DNA of 64,000 bases from Candidatus Poribacteria bacterium. Lineage in GTDB: Bacteria; Poribacteria; WGA-4E; PCPOR2b. The notes beneath the pieces were generated by a model that saw only the letters and a program-made list of their open reading frames with translations, searched no databases and was not told the origin of the DNA. The DNA lies in assembly GCA_965116925.1 (NCBI GenBank), contig OZ220744.1, positions 2,656,001 through 2,720,000 of the forward strand, written 5' to 3'. The position numbers and the translations under genes were made by a program. Shown here in pieces: positions 20,177-30,576 of this stretch (its first letter is position 1; every line of letters begins with the position of its first letter).

Positions 20177-21944
20177 GGTTTTGAATCCAATTCATAGATA
20201 ACTTCATCGTGATTGACAGACCCATCGGTTGAACCGGAGTCTGCCATTCCAATCATTTGATCAATAATAGCGTAGCCTCTTTCTCTCTCATTTCGTTTAA
20301 TGATTTCACGATTGATTTGGCGGCTCTGCATGAGAAAGATGAAATAATCGAGAACATCCAAAGCCTTTGAGAGAATCTCGGCGAACACCAAGCGCAAACT
20401 CTGACTATCAATACCGAAGTCCTTAGCAATCTTTTGGTAGTTGCTCCCTTTGCGGTGGGCGCTACCAGTGGAACGCAAACTCTGAAGTTTTCGCAGAAAA
20501 GCGATGTGATCCTCGGCATCTGCAACACCGCAGCAACTGAGGGTGATTTCAAGACAGTCGATAGTTCCTTTAAGACTCTCCGTCTGACCAGGCGTAAGGT
20601 TTTGCTCCTGTTCAAGCGAAATTAGTTTTTTCAACTTCTTCTGGTTCAGGGAGTCAATTAGTATTATGGCGAGATTCAAAATCAACGCATCAAACTCACG
20701 CTGCTCGTTAGTAGACGGAATCCTCAACTCTTTGAGACGTTGCTCGTCGCGCGGTTTCAATGGTAACAACAGCTGCCAACCGAGACATTTTTCAGATTCC
20801 TTTTGCAGATGAGCATATCTATGTTTGAATAGGTGCTCGGGGCGATCTGAAGTTGCTGTGAACGATCCTTGGAGATAACGCTCAAAATAGGTCTTACTCA
20901 AACCACCTTCGGGTAGGATATTGTAGATTCGCCAGTGTTGTTGTTCCGTGTATGGCAGTGAGGCGAGGTCTCTCAACAACACAATAACTTTGTCTTCGTG
21001 ATGGTTGTCAATACGCACAGCCCACCAAGGGCAGCTCACCCGTGAATCTTCCACCGAGTACATACTGGGTTTATTGTAGTATTTATCTAACACCTGCTTG
21101 CGAAAATACACAGGGGCCAGGCGATGAGGCGCGTCGGATGTGTGGGTAATCTCTTTTCCGTTTTCGTCATCACCAATAATGAACTCTACATACTTCGGTT
21201 CCTCAACAAATCCGGGGAAAACGCTCTGAGATTCCGGTAGGGGTTCTATAAATCGCTTTCCCTCTAGCATCCTAATGTCGTTATAGCCACGGGACTGCCA
21301 ATGCCACCAACATATATCACCATCCGCTGTAGCCTTTCTAATCGGCTTTGTTTCGTCTTCGCCAACCCTTTCATCTTCACCAACCCCAAGCTCTTCCGGC
21401 AAGTCACCCAAATCTCCTTGAAAAGAAAATTGGATCGATAGGTGCATCCTTTTAACTGCCAAGAACTGACGAATTTCCAGGAGTTTTATTTGGATACAAT
21501 CTGGTTCAACAACAGCCACTAGGTGTTCATTACCTTCATCATCAATTTTGATATATTCATCTTTTTCGCTGTCGTGATAGAGATTGTGGAAAAGACGGAA
21601 CTCCTCGGATATCTCGCTGTAGTGCTCTCTCTTCCGTAGTTAGTTTGTGATTCATTGAAGTCACGATTAACGACCAAAGGTTCAATTCCGTTGTCGTCTC
21701 CGTAGCGTAGGTATTGAAAGGGGTCTACACCCACAGCACTAGGTGTGCCCTGATAAAAATGCAAGTCCCAAGACGATTTGGAAAGTGCTCGCTCAACTTG
21801 AATAGATGGAATCAAAGCACAATAGATGCCGAATTCCTTTTTATTCCAGTAAACTGGAATCATATCAGTCAACTTCAGGTCGCGCTGCATGTATTTTAGT
21901 CTCTGATCTAGCGATAGTCCTTTTTGGTCTAAATCAATACTCAT
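20173..21944 (-). pseudogene. Large hypothetical protein with putative C-terminal HEPN motif and antitoxin-like tail, split by a 2-bp frameshift
   Basis: ORFs 21519-21962 and 20173-21519 join (..YGREHYSEISEEFRLFHNLY..) if one AG is removed from the (CT)4 at 21625-21632; RSTGSAH motif; ATGA overlap with vapC. Confidence 0.7.
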
Positions 21945-22000
21945 AATTTCCTCCTCACCCATTCTAATCCCAACTTTAGACGTTTCTTCATGCCCTATGT

Positions 22001-25000
22001 TTAATGAGCAGGCACCCCCAAATCGGGCAGCCCCTCCACGATCTTCACTGTCTCCAAACTGACTGTGATCACTTTACCGATGAGTCTAACGATGTACTCT
22101 GGATCGTCTGCGCGGTTCGGGTCGTTGACGATACCGCTCCGTTTGTCCGTCTTGACGCGATACTGATCTATCACCCATTCCAACGCCGACCGATTCCCAA
22201 GCCGATAGTCAAACGCCTTTGCAGGTATCCCGTCAAGTGTCAGGAAATTGTTGTATTTTATCTGCGCTTTGTCTTTTGACAATCTCATCTTTTCTACACG
22301 CCAATCGAGGGGTATATCCGGCTTTTCAATGAATACGAGTTGATATTCCTCCATCTCCTCATAGTCGATGTGGATTTCTCCCAACCGTTGCCCTGCTTTT
22401 GCAAAACTCCAGAAGTCCGGCGCATAAGGAAGGCGTGGCAGGTCCCGCTTGAGGTTGGCTTCATACCGCTCCCGATAGTTGGGGTGATGCAGGAGAGCGT
22501 AGATGTAATGAAAGATGTCCCACTTGGTGATTGCCTCGTCTCGGTAATGCGTTCGGAATTGTTCTAACACCCAATCGGTGATGTTCTCTCGGCGATTACT
22601 CCCGTCTTCGTCGTAAGAATAGAAAGGGAAGGATTGTTGTGGATCCCCATAGAAGTTCAAATCAGGAATAGACTCACTCATCAAAACAGCAAATTCTTTT
22701 CGGCCATAGCCACCAACACAAATCACACGATTCTCTTCTTCTGTGTCAGGTGTGGGAAAGATGGACGGGAAGATGTATACACGCTCGGTCATCATTCGGT
22801 CAAAGTAGAGGTTTGATTTCGTAAAGGGACGATAGAGAGAGTCCCTCACCTCTTCCTGTGAAAAATTAGCGGTTTTCTCTCTTTGCAAGTTGCGTTTAAG
22901 AGTTTCGCTCCAACTAATTTTCGTATTGTCATAAAGCACAAATTCATCCACGTTCGCATCACGGTTGGCTCGCTGTGCCCACTTGAACATCTGTTCATTG
23001 TAGGTATCAATCATCCCGTTCATGTTTTTAACGAGTGTGTTTCGATTAAAGTTGTATACCCACGCATCGCGATTGGTCTTAACGCCGTTGCTGTAAATCT
23101 GAAAAATCACATCCACGGCCTCACCCCTTGCCCTTTTCGCCTCCATAGTTCCCATCGGGATAAAGGTCTCAAATTCAGCGTGGAGCCCTTCTGTCAACCA
23201 TGTGTGACGTGTGTCAGGTTGAACGATCTGCCAGTCTATATCCCCGATGTGTTCGCACTCATTCAGAAAATCGAATTTCTGTTTTTTGTTCCATAGGTCA
23301 TCGGTACGATAATAAAAAATACGTGCTCCGTTCCGAGAGTCTTCGACAGGGACAGAACCTTCCCCGTTTGTAGTGGAGTGATTCACCGCCTGTCTGTTTT
23401 TCACAAATAGGTTGATGCTCACGCCGACTCGAATCCCGAACACATTGGCCTCCGAGACTTTCAATCCCTTCCGTGCATTCCCGCCCAGATCCAGAATGTA
23501 AATCGCATCGAAATCATCTGCGAGGTGTTTCCGCATCCCGTCAAATGCCACACCGTCGAGGAAGCTACTGTTTGTCACAAAGGCGACAACCCCTTCATCT
23601 CCTATCCGATCCGATGCCCAGCGAATCGCCTTTATGTATGGATCAGCCAGCGCGTTTTTATTCGTCGCTGTGGAGGCTTTCGCGTATGTCTCGGCTACCC
23701 GCCCATCCATCGTTGGATATTTCCGATTTTTGTTGTTGTCGTTTTCGTTGATCTGACCGACGTTGTAGGGCGGATTGCCGATAACGACAAACATCGGAGT
23801 GTTTTTCTGTTCCTCAACGCGGCGCGTGTTCTCCTCTGTAAACAACGAGCCTGCATAATAGTGAGAGTCTTCCGCCAGTTCAAATGTATCGACGAGACAG
23901 ATACCGTCAAACGGTTGATAGTGTCCTGTTGCCTCATAAAATTGATGTTCAATGTTCATTGAGGCGATGTAGTATGGCAGCAGCATCACCTCGTTGCAGT
24001 GCAATTCTGTCGTATATTTTTTCGCTAAGGCGGTCTTGCGAATTTCGCGCATCGTCCGCACGATGAAATTGCCGGTCCCCACAAACGGGTCGATGATGTG
24101 AACGCTGGAGTCGGAGAGTGACCGATTAAATTCAGTCTGTAATATCTGATCTACGCTTCTCACCATAAAATCTACAATCGGCTGCGGTGTGTAGACAACA
24201 CCGTGCGTATCGGCGACCTCCACCGAAAAGCCTTGAAAAAACTGCTCGTAAACGGTGTTGAGGAATCCCTGTTTTTGGGAAAAATCGTTGATTGTATCTG
24301 CGGTGCGTTCGATTGCCGCATAGAAAAGGTCAAGGCTACGGAGAAAATCATCGCGACTGAACGACTGCGATGTGAGCGCGTCTATCACCTTCTCAATTTC
24401 GTTGGCGATGACATTGCGGCGGGTGAAGTCGGGGTTATCAAAAACGGTGCGGAAGATGCGCTCGGTCAACAGGTGCTGGATGAGCATTTCCTCGACAGCG
24501 GCTTCGGAGAGATTGGGATTGATCGATTGACAACACTTCTCGTGAAAGGTTCTAAACGCCCCGGTAAAACGGGAGTTGGTTTTCCGTTCCTTTTGGATTA
24601 AATCCGCCAACTCGCTCCCGATGTCGGGGACTCTGTCTTTGAAATGCGCGACGGCCTCCTCCCATTCGGTGTATTCTGGTGGACGGTAGGCAAAAAAGGT
24701 ATCGAGAATCTTTATCAGTTGCGTTGGGTCAGTTAAGTCTGCATCGCGTACCTGTTGACCGTTTTGCCAAAGAAGGGCGCGGTGTGGGGTTTGGAAGAGG
24801 ATGTTGTCGCGGGGATACCCTTTCTCAAATTTGCGTACCACTTCGGCGGGTAGATCGTCGTGGATATCCTTCGCCTCCCAATAGCCGTGAATCAGCCTGA
24901 AACCGTCAATCAACGCACCATCAAGGACAATCCGCTTGTTTTGATCTCCGGTCATTGAATATTCAGGGATGAGCGTCCAATCAAACTGTCGTCCACACGA

Positions 25001-25129
25001 TTCAAGCAGGAATTGGAACGCAGATCGGACGGCGGTCTCATGCGTGACACCGAGTTGGGCGTATCGGTTGAGTGCGATGTTGTAGTCTCTGATGGGTTTG
25101 TGTGTAGATTTGAGGGTGAGGGTTGGCAT
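22001..25129 (-). CDS. Type ISP-like/IIG restriction-modification enzyme (nuclease, N6-adenine MTase, specificity domain; no helicase)
   Basis: D..GYWEAKD nuclease motif, VYTPQPIVDF, DPFVGTG, GNPPY, YRPF, DLPRLP, GNRSALEWVIDQY. Confidence 0.88.
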   Translation of the reverse strand: MPTLTLKSTHKPIRDYNIALNRYAQLGVTHETAVRSAFQFLLESCGRQFDWTLIPEYSMTGDQNKRIVLDGALIDGFRLIHGYWEAKDIHDDLPAEVVRKFEKGYPRDNILFQTPHRALLWQNGQQVRDADLTDPTQLIKILDTFFAYRPPEYTEWEEAVAHFKDRVPDIGSELADLIQKERKTNSRFTGAFRTFHEKCCQSINPNLSEAAVEEMLIQHLLTERIFRTVFDNPDFTRRNVIANEIEKVIDALTSQSFSRDDFLRSLDLFYAAIERTADTINDFSQKQGFLNTVYEQFFQGFSVEVADTHGVVYTPQPIVDFMVRSVDQILQTEFNRSLSDSSVHIIDPFVGTGNFIVRTMREIRKTALAKKYTTELHCNEVMLLPYYIASMNIEHQFYEATGHYQPFDGICLVDTFELAEDSHYYAGSLFTEENTRRVEEQKNTPMFVVIGNPPYNVGQINENDNNKNRKYPTMDGRVAETYAKASTATNKNALADPYIKAIRWASDRIGDEGVVAFVTNSSFLDGVAFDGMRKHLADDFDAIYILDLGGNARKGLKVSEANVFGIRVGVSINLFVKNRQAVNHSTTNGEGSVPVEDSRNGARIFYYRTDDLWNKKQKFDFLNECEHIGDIDWQIVQPDTRHTWLTEGLHAEFETFIPMGTMEAKRARGEAVDVIFQIYSNGVKTNRDAWVYNFNRNTLVKNMNGMIDTYNEQMFKWAQRANRDANVDEFVLYDNTKISWSETLKRNLQREKTANFSQEEVRDSLYRPFTKSNLYFDRMMTERVYIFPSIFPTPDTEEENRVICVGGYGRKEFAVLMSESIPDLNFYGDPQQSFPFYSYDEDGSNRRENITDWVLEQFRTHYRDEAITKWDIFHYIYALLHHPNYRERYEANLKRDLPRLPYAPDFWSFAKAGQRLGEIHIDYEEMEEYQLVFIEKPDIPLDWRVEKMRLSKDKAQIKYNNFLTLDGIPAKAFDYRLGNRSALEWVIDQYRVKTDKRSGIVNDPNRADDPEYIVRLIGKVITVSLETVKIVEGLPDLGVPAH

Positions 25130-25180
25130 TGTGTTTAAGGGGATAAATCCTGTAATGAGGTGGTGGCAAGTAAGTGTTAA

Positions 25181-25684
25181 TTAGAGATTGTCTGAATCCG
25201 ATAAAACTTCTGCTAAATTCTTGGGTTTATTACAGCGTCCTGTCAGGATCCGCAAAGGTTTGCCGTTGAACTGTACTTTGAGCTCTTTCCTCCCTCTGGG
25301 GTTTGTCCACTTAATGCCCCGGGTGTGAAACAGAATCGGTGCATATACGGTTTTCACAATCTTCGGTCCTGGAACAATGCTAGCAGCAAAATCTAAACTG
25401 TTTTTCAGCTTTTCGACGATATCTGATTCCCTAGCTTCGCCGTTCTTGAGTTCAATAGGAGCTGCAACGAGGTTGTTTTCATCGGGATTAACGTAGAAGA
25501 GAAGACGGTCGCCTCGTTTTTTAGGCATTTTACGAAAATCAAATTCACGTTCGACATGTATCACAACCCGCTGAGAGGGGATGTCGGTCGAATCCACACC
25601 ACAGCCCTCGCCGCCACACGAATTAGTAAGGCTTGATTTATCTACCTGCCTCCGGATATGGTTGAGAACTCTATTCACGTTCAC
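25181..25684 (-). CDS. Hypothetical protein, putative PD-(D/E)XK nuclease
   Basis: RGDRLLF..PIELKNG (D..ELK); overlaps ATPase stop. Confidence 0.55.
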   Translation of the reverse strand: MNVNRVLNHIRRQVDKSSLTNSCGGEGCGVDSTDIPSQRVVIHVEREFDFRKMPKKRGDRLLFYVNPDENNLVAAPIELKNGEARESDIVEKLKNSLDFAASIVPGPKIVKTVYAPILFHTRGIKWTNPRGRKELKVQFNGKPLRILTGRCNKPKNLAEVLSDSDNL

Positions 25685-27092
25685 TCTCGTCTTTCAGTTC
25701 CTCAATTCGATTCTGGAGACCTGCCCAACGATTATAGAGTGCCTCGGCAACGTCTTCATACTCCATTGGTTCTATGCCTTTGATGCGATCAAACTCGATT
25801 TCCTTTACTTTTCCATCCTTTTGAAACAGCCATGTTCCAACCTCTTCCGGTGACAGCCAATCGTTGGTTTCTTTTTTCAGCGCATCTTTTTCCTTGAGCA
25901 TACCAACACGCATCAGGTTTCCAATTTCTTGGAGCATGAAGTCGCTATGTGTTGTTACAAGCACCCGTACACCAGCGCGGACCAAGCGGGCAAGGGTCGC
26001 TGCCATTTGGGTCTGGGCAGCGGGGTGCAAATGGGCTTCGGGCTCCTCAATGATGAGTGTGTCGCCGGGGCGGACGAGACCGCGAATGAACAGCACAAGG
26101 GGAGCAAGTTCAGACACCATTGATGAAGAACGGGTCAGACGTATATCTTGTTCTGTTCCCTGTGGACGGTAGAGAAATTCTGGATACCCTGTCGGTGAAG
26201 GATTCATAATTATCTGTCCAGCGAGGACATCGGACTCTAGGGCATCGGCAAGAGGATTTATTCCGTCATCTGATCTGGTACCTTCCTTGTAGAGTATGAG
26301 CTCTTTCATGAAGTCAGCTACCACTCCCGACAGTGTAGGAATCTCCAATGTTTCCAAACCAGCGCGGGTGGCACCTGCAACAAGTGAGCTCGCTATGACC
26401 CGATGGCTCTGCATAATGCCGCTCCGGGCGGCTGGCAGATAGTACCGCTGTGCTAGGATTTTACTAGGTCCAAAAAAAGGTTGAGAGGGATCTTGGGGAA
26501 TAACCATCTCCCTGTTGATACCTCCATCTACAGTGACCTCTGATTTGGAAACCCTTATGTCAAAGTTACAGAGATTCTGATTTGGCTCATTGACCTTGAA
26601 CGAAATTTTTATTTCATTATGCGGTCCATCGGTTAACTGTATTAGTTCCGAAACGGAATCGAGGTCGAAACAACGTTTGAGTTCAATTTCCAACGCATTA
26701 CTGTGACCCTTTAACTGATTGAGACTAGATTGTGTCGGGTCGCGCACCACCTTAGGCAGGTCCGAAAATTTGAGCGGTTGTCCCCTGTGCAGCTTGTTGA
26801 ATACCTCCCGAAGTTCTTTTTGCAATTCAATATTATCTGTCGAAGAAGCAGAGCTTAGTCCATACCCGAGGAGCCATATGATGTCCAGTTTAGGAAATCT
26901 TGAAAATCCCTCAAAGACGCTATGCAGGGCATAGATCAGCACGGAGAGATAGGTTTTGCCGGTGTTGCTCGGTCCGACAAATACCGTTAGTGGGCGCAGA
27001 TCAAGATCCGCTTCTGCGATCGGTCCGAAGTTACGGACTGAGATTTCAACTTTCGGTGTGTTGGGGGTTTTTGCCCTCTCATCTCCGTTCAT
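25671..27092 (-). CDS. ABC/AAA_21-type ATPase of conflict systems
   Basis: NFGPI, GPSNTGKT, YLPAARSG, SSMVSELAP, IIEEPEAHLHP, TTHS. Confidence 0.88.
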   Translation of the reverse strand: MNGDERAKTPNTPKVEISVRNFGPIAEADLDLRPLTVFVGPSNTGKTYLSVLIYALHSVFEGFSRFPKLDIIWLLGYGLSSASSTDNIELQKELREVFNKLHRGQPLKFSDLPKVVRDPTQSSLNQLKGHSNALEIELKRCFDLDSVSELIQLTDGPHNEIKISFKVNEPNQNLCNFDIRVSKSEVTVDGGINREMVIPQDPSQPFFGPSKILAQRYYLPAARSGIMQSHRVIASSLVAGATRAGLETLEIPTLSGVVADFMKELILYKEGTRSDDGINPLADALESDVLAGQIIMNPSPTGYPEFLYRPQGTEQDIRLTRSSSMVSELAPLVLFIRGLVRPGDTLIIEEPEAHLHPAAQTQMAATLARLVRAGVRVLVTTHSDFMLQEIGNLMRVGMLKEKDALKKETNDWLSPEEVGTWLFQKDGKVKEIEFDRIKGIEPMEYEDVAEALYNRWAGLQNRIEELKDESERE

Positions 27093-27161
27093 GTTGATTT
27101 TCCTTCTCGTCGGCATCGGGAGGTGTTGTGGGAGTGGGGGATAGCCTTCCCAAGAGGGTTA

Positions 27162-27794
27162 CTAGCGGCAAAACTCTTGGGAGATTGCATCAAGAAGCTG
27201 GTCGTCGATTCGACAGCGTTCTGCGGAGATGATGTTGCGGATTTGAGTTACAGCTTCTTCGACATTATGGTCCGGATTCACGATACAGTAGTTGTACTCT
27301 TTAACACAACCGAATTCTGATTTCGCTGTCAGTAAACGCTGTTGAAGTTCCGAATCGGATTCTGTCTTGCGGTTGCGAAGCCGCTTTTCTAAACTTTCGA
27401 GGGAGGGAGGTAAAAGAAAAATACTGGTATAGCGGATGCCAAGATCTTTTATCTTCTTGGCACCGTGCACATCAATTTCTAAAATTAGATCCTTACCGCT
27501 TTCGATGGTTGATTCTATTGTGGATTTTAAGGTGCCGTAGTAGTGTCCGCCATATTTCACCCATTCCAGAAAACCGTTGCACCGAATTAGATCTTCAAAT
27601 TCACTTTCGTCCAAAAAATAGTAGTCAACGCCATCAACCTCGTCGGAACGGGGTGGGCGGGTTGTTGCGGAGATCGAAAACGCTAGCGTTGTGTCGCTTT
27701 TGCAGAGTGCTTTGATAACACTCGTTTTGCCAGTTCCAGAGGGGCCCGATATAAGAATGAATAATCCCTTCTGGGAGGGTTGATTATTCCACAT
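27162..27794 (-). CDS. gmk: Guanylate kinase
   Basis: SGPSGTGKTS, SATTRPPR, DGVDYYF, YYGT, LEIDVHGA. Confidence 0.97.
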   Translation of the reverse strand: MWNNQPSQKGLFILISGPSGTGKTSVIKALCKSDTTLAFSISATTRPPRSDEVDGVDYYFLDESEFEDLIRCNGFLEWVKYGGHYYGTLKSTIESTIESGKDLILEIDVHGAKKIKDLGIRYTSIFLLPPSLESLEKRLRNRKTESDSELQQRLLTAKSEFGCVKEYNYCIVNPDHNVEEAVTQIRNIISAERCRIDDQLLDAISQEFCR

Positions 27795-28668
27795 TCTGAA
27801 CCAATTCCCGAATTTTTTCGATCTCTGTTTTCAGGGCAACGGTGGCGTAGGAGATGGAGGATCGAGACGCTTTGGCGGAAATGGTGTTTACCTCTCGATT
27901 CATCTCTTGCAGCAGGAAGTCGAGTTGTCTGCCGATGGGTTGGGTTGCTTGCAAATATTCATCAAACTGAGAGCAGTGGCTATCGAGTCTCACCAGTTCC
28001 TCTGTGATGTCTGAACGAGAGGCGATGATGCCAGCCTCCATCGTGAGACGGTATGGGTCAATTTTAACGCGCCCCTCAAGGAGTTCGTTCAAACGCGATT
28101 CGAGTCTTGTATGTGTGGATTCCACGAGATCAGCACTAGCTGCTTTTATCTTCCGGGTCAGGAGTTGGATAGAGTGGAGAATTCCTTTGATTTCTTCAAG
28201 CATAGCAGCCCCTTCTGCTCGCTTGGTTGTCTCCAATCCATCCAGAGCGGTGTCTAGGTGAGACTGTAACACCTTCCACACGGCTTCTTCGTCCAGATCG
28301 GCTTCCTGTGCAGTTAGGACGCCGGGGAGTTGCACTAGCAAGGAAAGTGAGATCTCATCCCCGAATTGCAGCCTATTTTGTAATTTTACAAGTGCTTGAT
28401 GGTATTGCTCTGCCAGCTTAGAATCGAGAATGGGGAGTTGGTTTGAAACTGAAGCATCCTCGGTCCACTCGACTGTGGCTTGGACTTGCCCTCTTGAAAC
28501 CCGGTTCCGTATGGTGCTGTGAATCTGATGATCGAACCTAGATAGAAACTCTGGGGTACGGACGGTTACTTTACAGTATCGAGCGTTCCACGATTTGATC
28601 TCAATAATCAACTGGCCAAAGGGTGTTTCTGCTTTATGCCGACTGTAGCCCGTCATACTTCTAATCAT
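27784..28668 (-). CDS. yicC: YicC/YloC-family endoribonuclease
   Basis: MIRSMTGY, DITEELVRL.SH, GRQLDFLLQEMNREVNT, KIRELVQNVE. Confidence 0.95.
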   Translation of the reverse strand: MIRSMTGYSRHKAETPFGQLIIEIKSWNARYCKVTVRTPEFLSRFDHQIHSTIRNRVSRGQVQATVEWTEDASVSNQLPILDSKLAEQYHQALVKLQNRLQFGDEISLSLLVQLPGVLTAQEADLDEEAVWKVLQSHLDTALDGLETTKRAEGAAMLEEIKGILHSIQLLTRKIKAASADLVESTHTRLESRLNELLEGRVKIDPYRLTMEAGIIASRSDITEELVRLDSHCSQFDEYLQATQPIGRQLDFLLQEMNREVNTISAKASRSSISYATVALKTEIEKIRELVQNVE

Positions 28669-28670
28669 GA

Positions 28671-29129
28671 TTAATCCGCCGCTTCTTGCCATTCAACTAA
28701 GATTGGAGATTCAACCCGAATTGCATCTTTGATACAGACCTCTTCACAGAGTTTGCATCCGACACAATCTCTTGGTTTCACAAGTTCGCAGATGCCGAAG
28801 AAGCTCTCGGCATGTTCGCCGGTCGCTGGATCCTTTAGCTCTAGGCAATCCCACGGACAGATGTGGACACAGAAATCACAGCCAGAGCAGAGTTCCTCGT
28901 ATATGACAGCGATTGGGCGATCCTTGGGACGCTTGATAAACTTAGCGACATCTCCATTCTGATCATGGATGGCTTCGACCGGGCAGACCATACCGCACGC
29001 ACTACAATCGATACAGATATCCGGGTCGATGATATGAAGCATTTTGCGGTCGCCGGTGATGGCATCAACGGGGCAATTTGTCAGACATGCCATACAACCG
29101 ACACATTCTTCTGTTATGTAGTAAGCCAT
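28671..29129 (-). CDS. Ferredoxin with four 4Fe-4S motifs
   Basis: Four CxxCxxCxxxC motifs. Confidence 0.9.
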   Translation of the reverse strand: MAYYITEECVGCMACLTNCPVDAITGDRKMLHIIDPDICIDCSACGMVCPVEAIHDQNGDVAKFIKRPKDRPIAVIYEELCSGCDFCVHICPWDCLELKDPATGEHAESFFGICELVKPRDCVGCKLCEEVCIKDAIRVESPILVEWQEAAD

Positions 29130-29532
29130 TAAAAACGCGCTCCCTCCTTTGAATTTGAGGACCTTTTCATTTGGAATGAGTAGCGAAAATCAGCGGTCAA
29201 TGCGGAAAAATTTTAGGCAGACTGCTGATCACTCATAATTATAACATGGATGCTACGATGAAATCAACAGAGATTGTTATTTGATTTTTAGTAAATTGAC
29301 CTAAATTGTTATCTGAAACATAATGCGTAAAGCGTGATACGTAAGAAGCAACTATTCGCTAGGGCGAAAGGAATAGGTAGAACGCAGATCTGCGTTCCCT
29401 ACGAATGATCCGCTCCATCTTTTTTATTGACAGTATTTCTACAAAACGGTATGATGAGGAATTAAGGAATAGGGGTAGGAATAGATCGGCTATCCTCAAT
29501 TTACGCTTCACCTTTGACGGAGGTATCGGGGT

Positions 29533-30411
29533 ATGTATTCACCAGATGACATTCGGGAGTTTTGGGAAGGGACACGCGCCGCACTCAATGAAATTCCGAT
29601 GGCGCCTGAACTCTCACCTGCGCCTGAGTTGAGTGGCAGAGAGTTCGACACTTATAACGTGCGGTTGACCAGTTTCGGTGGAATCAAACTCCGGGGTTGG
29701 TACTCGGTGCCGAAGGATAATCCACGGGGAAAATGCTCGGCGATTCTGGCTGTCCCCGGTTATAGCGGGAGCAAGCAGATCCCAACGCAGATTGTGCTTC
29801 AGGGATACGCTGTCCTCACGTTGTTTCCACGGAGTCAGGGCGAGAGCAAGGCGGAGTGGCAGATTGAATCGGGGACGTATCTCACGTATCATATTACCGA
29901 TCGGGACAGGTATTTCTATCGTGGGGCGTATATGGATTGTGTACGGGGCATTGATTTCTTGGCGAGTCGGCCCGAAGTTGACCCAGATCGGATTGGGATG
30001 TGGAGTCGCAGTCAGGGCGGTGGATTCACGCTTGCAACGAGTTCCTTGGATGGGCGAATTAAAGCTGGGGTTGCCGAAGAGCCGTTTTTGTGTAACTATC
30101 CGCTTGCGATTAATGTGAAAACGAACCCGTATGTGGAGTTGGGCGAATATCTAAGCCAGCACCCTGACCGGAAAGAGGCCGTTCTTGAGACGCTTGCTTA
30201 TTTTGATCCGCTCAATCTGGTAGAAATGATTACCCGTCCGATGCTGGTCAATATCGGCATGAAAGACGACGTTTGCCCGTATCACACGATTGTTCCGGTG
30301 TTTGAACGGATCGTAAGCCATAAAGCGTTGATGATCTACCCCGATTTGGGGCATTCATCGTGTGCTGATTTCAACAACCATGCGAAAAATTGGTTGGATT
30401 TATATTTATAG
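29533..30411 (+). CDS. Acetylxylan esterase / cephalosporin-C deacetylase (CE7)
   Basis: YRGAYMDCVRG, SRSQGG nucleophile elbow (first Gly is Ser), YFDP.N, DDVCP, YPDLGH. Confidence 0.88.
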   Translation: MYSPDDIREFWEGTRAALNEIPMAPELSPAPELSGREFDTYNVRLTSFGGIKLRGWYSVPKDNPRGKCSAILAVPGYSGSKQIPTQIVLQGYAVLTLFPRSQGESKAEWQIESGTYLTYHITDRDRYFYRGAYMDCVRGIDFLASRPEVDPDRIGMWSRSQGGGFTLATSSLDGRIKAGVAEEPFLCNYPLAINVKTNPYVELGEYLSQHPDRKEAVLETLAYFDPLNLVEMITRPMLVNIGMKDDVCPYHTIVPVFERIVSHKALMIYPDLGHSSCADFNNHAKNWLDLYL

Positions 30412-30549
30412 TAAATTCAAAAAATAAACGGACACTTTCGCTCCCCGGTAGGTGCGGTTTCCAACCGCACCGCATTCAATCCAACCCGGTAGGCGCTGTT
30501 TCCAACTGCGCCGGTTTGGCGTGTCCCATTAATCCTAAGATCCACTATA
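30407..30549. repeat. Wrapper-A element with two tandem GTAG REPs
   Basis: TATAGTAAATTCAAAAAATAAACGGACAC..GTGTCCCATTAATCCTAAGATCCACTATA; cargo CCCGGTAGGTGCGG.. and CCCGGTAGGCGCTG.. Confidence 0.85.
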
Positions 30550-30576
30550 TAACCAGAATTTATCAGGAGGGATTCA

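Noticed and set aside
13268..25157. Shared 12-mer CATTACAGGATT in two intergenic regions
   Set aside because: A single 12-mer match is expected by chance in 64 kb
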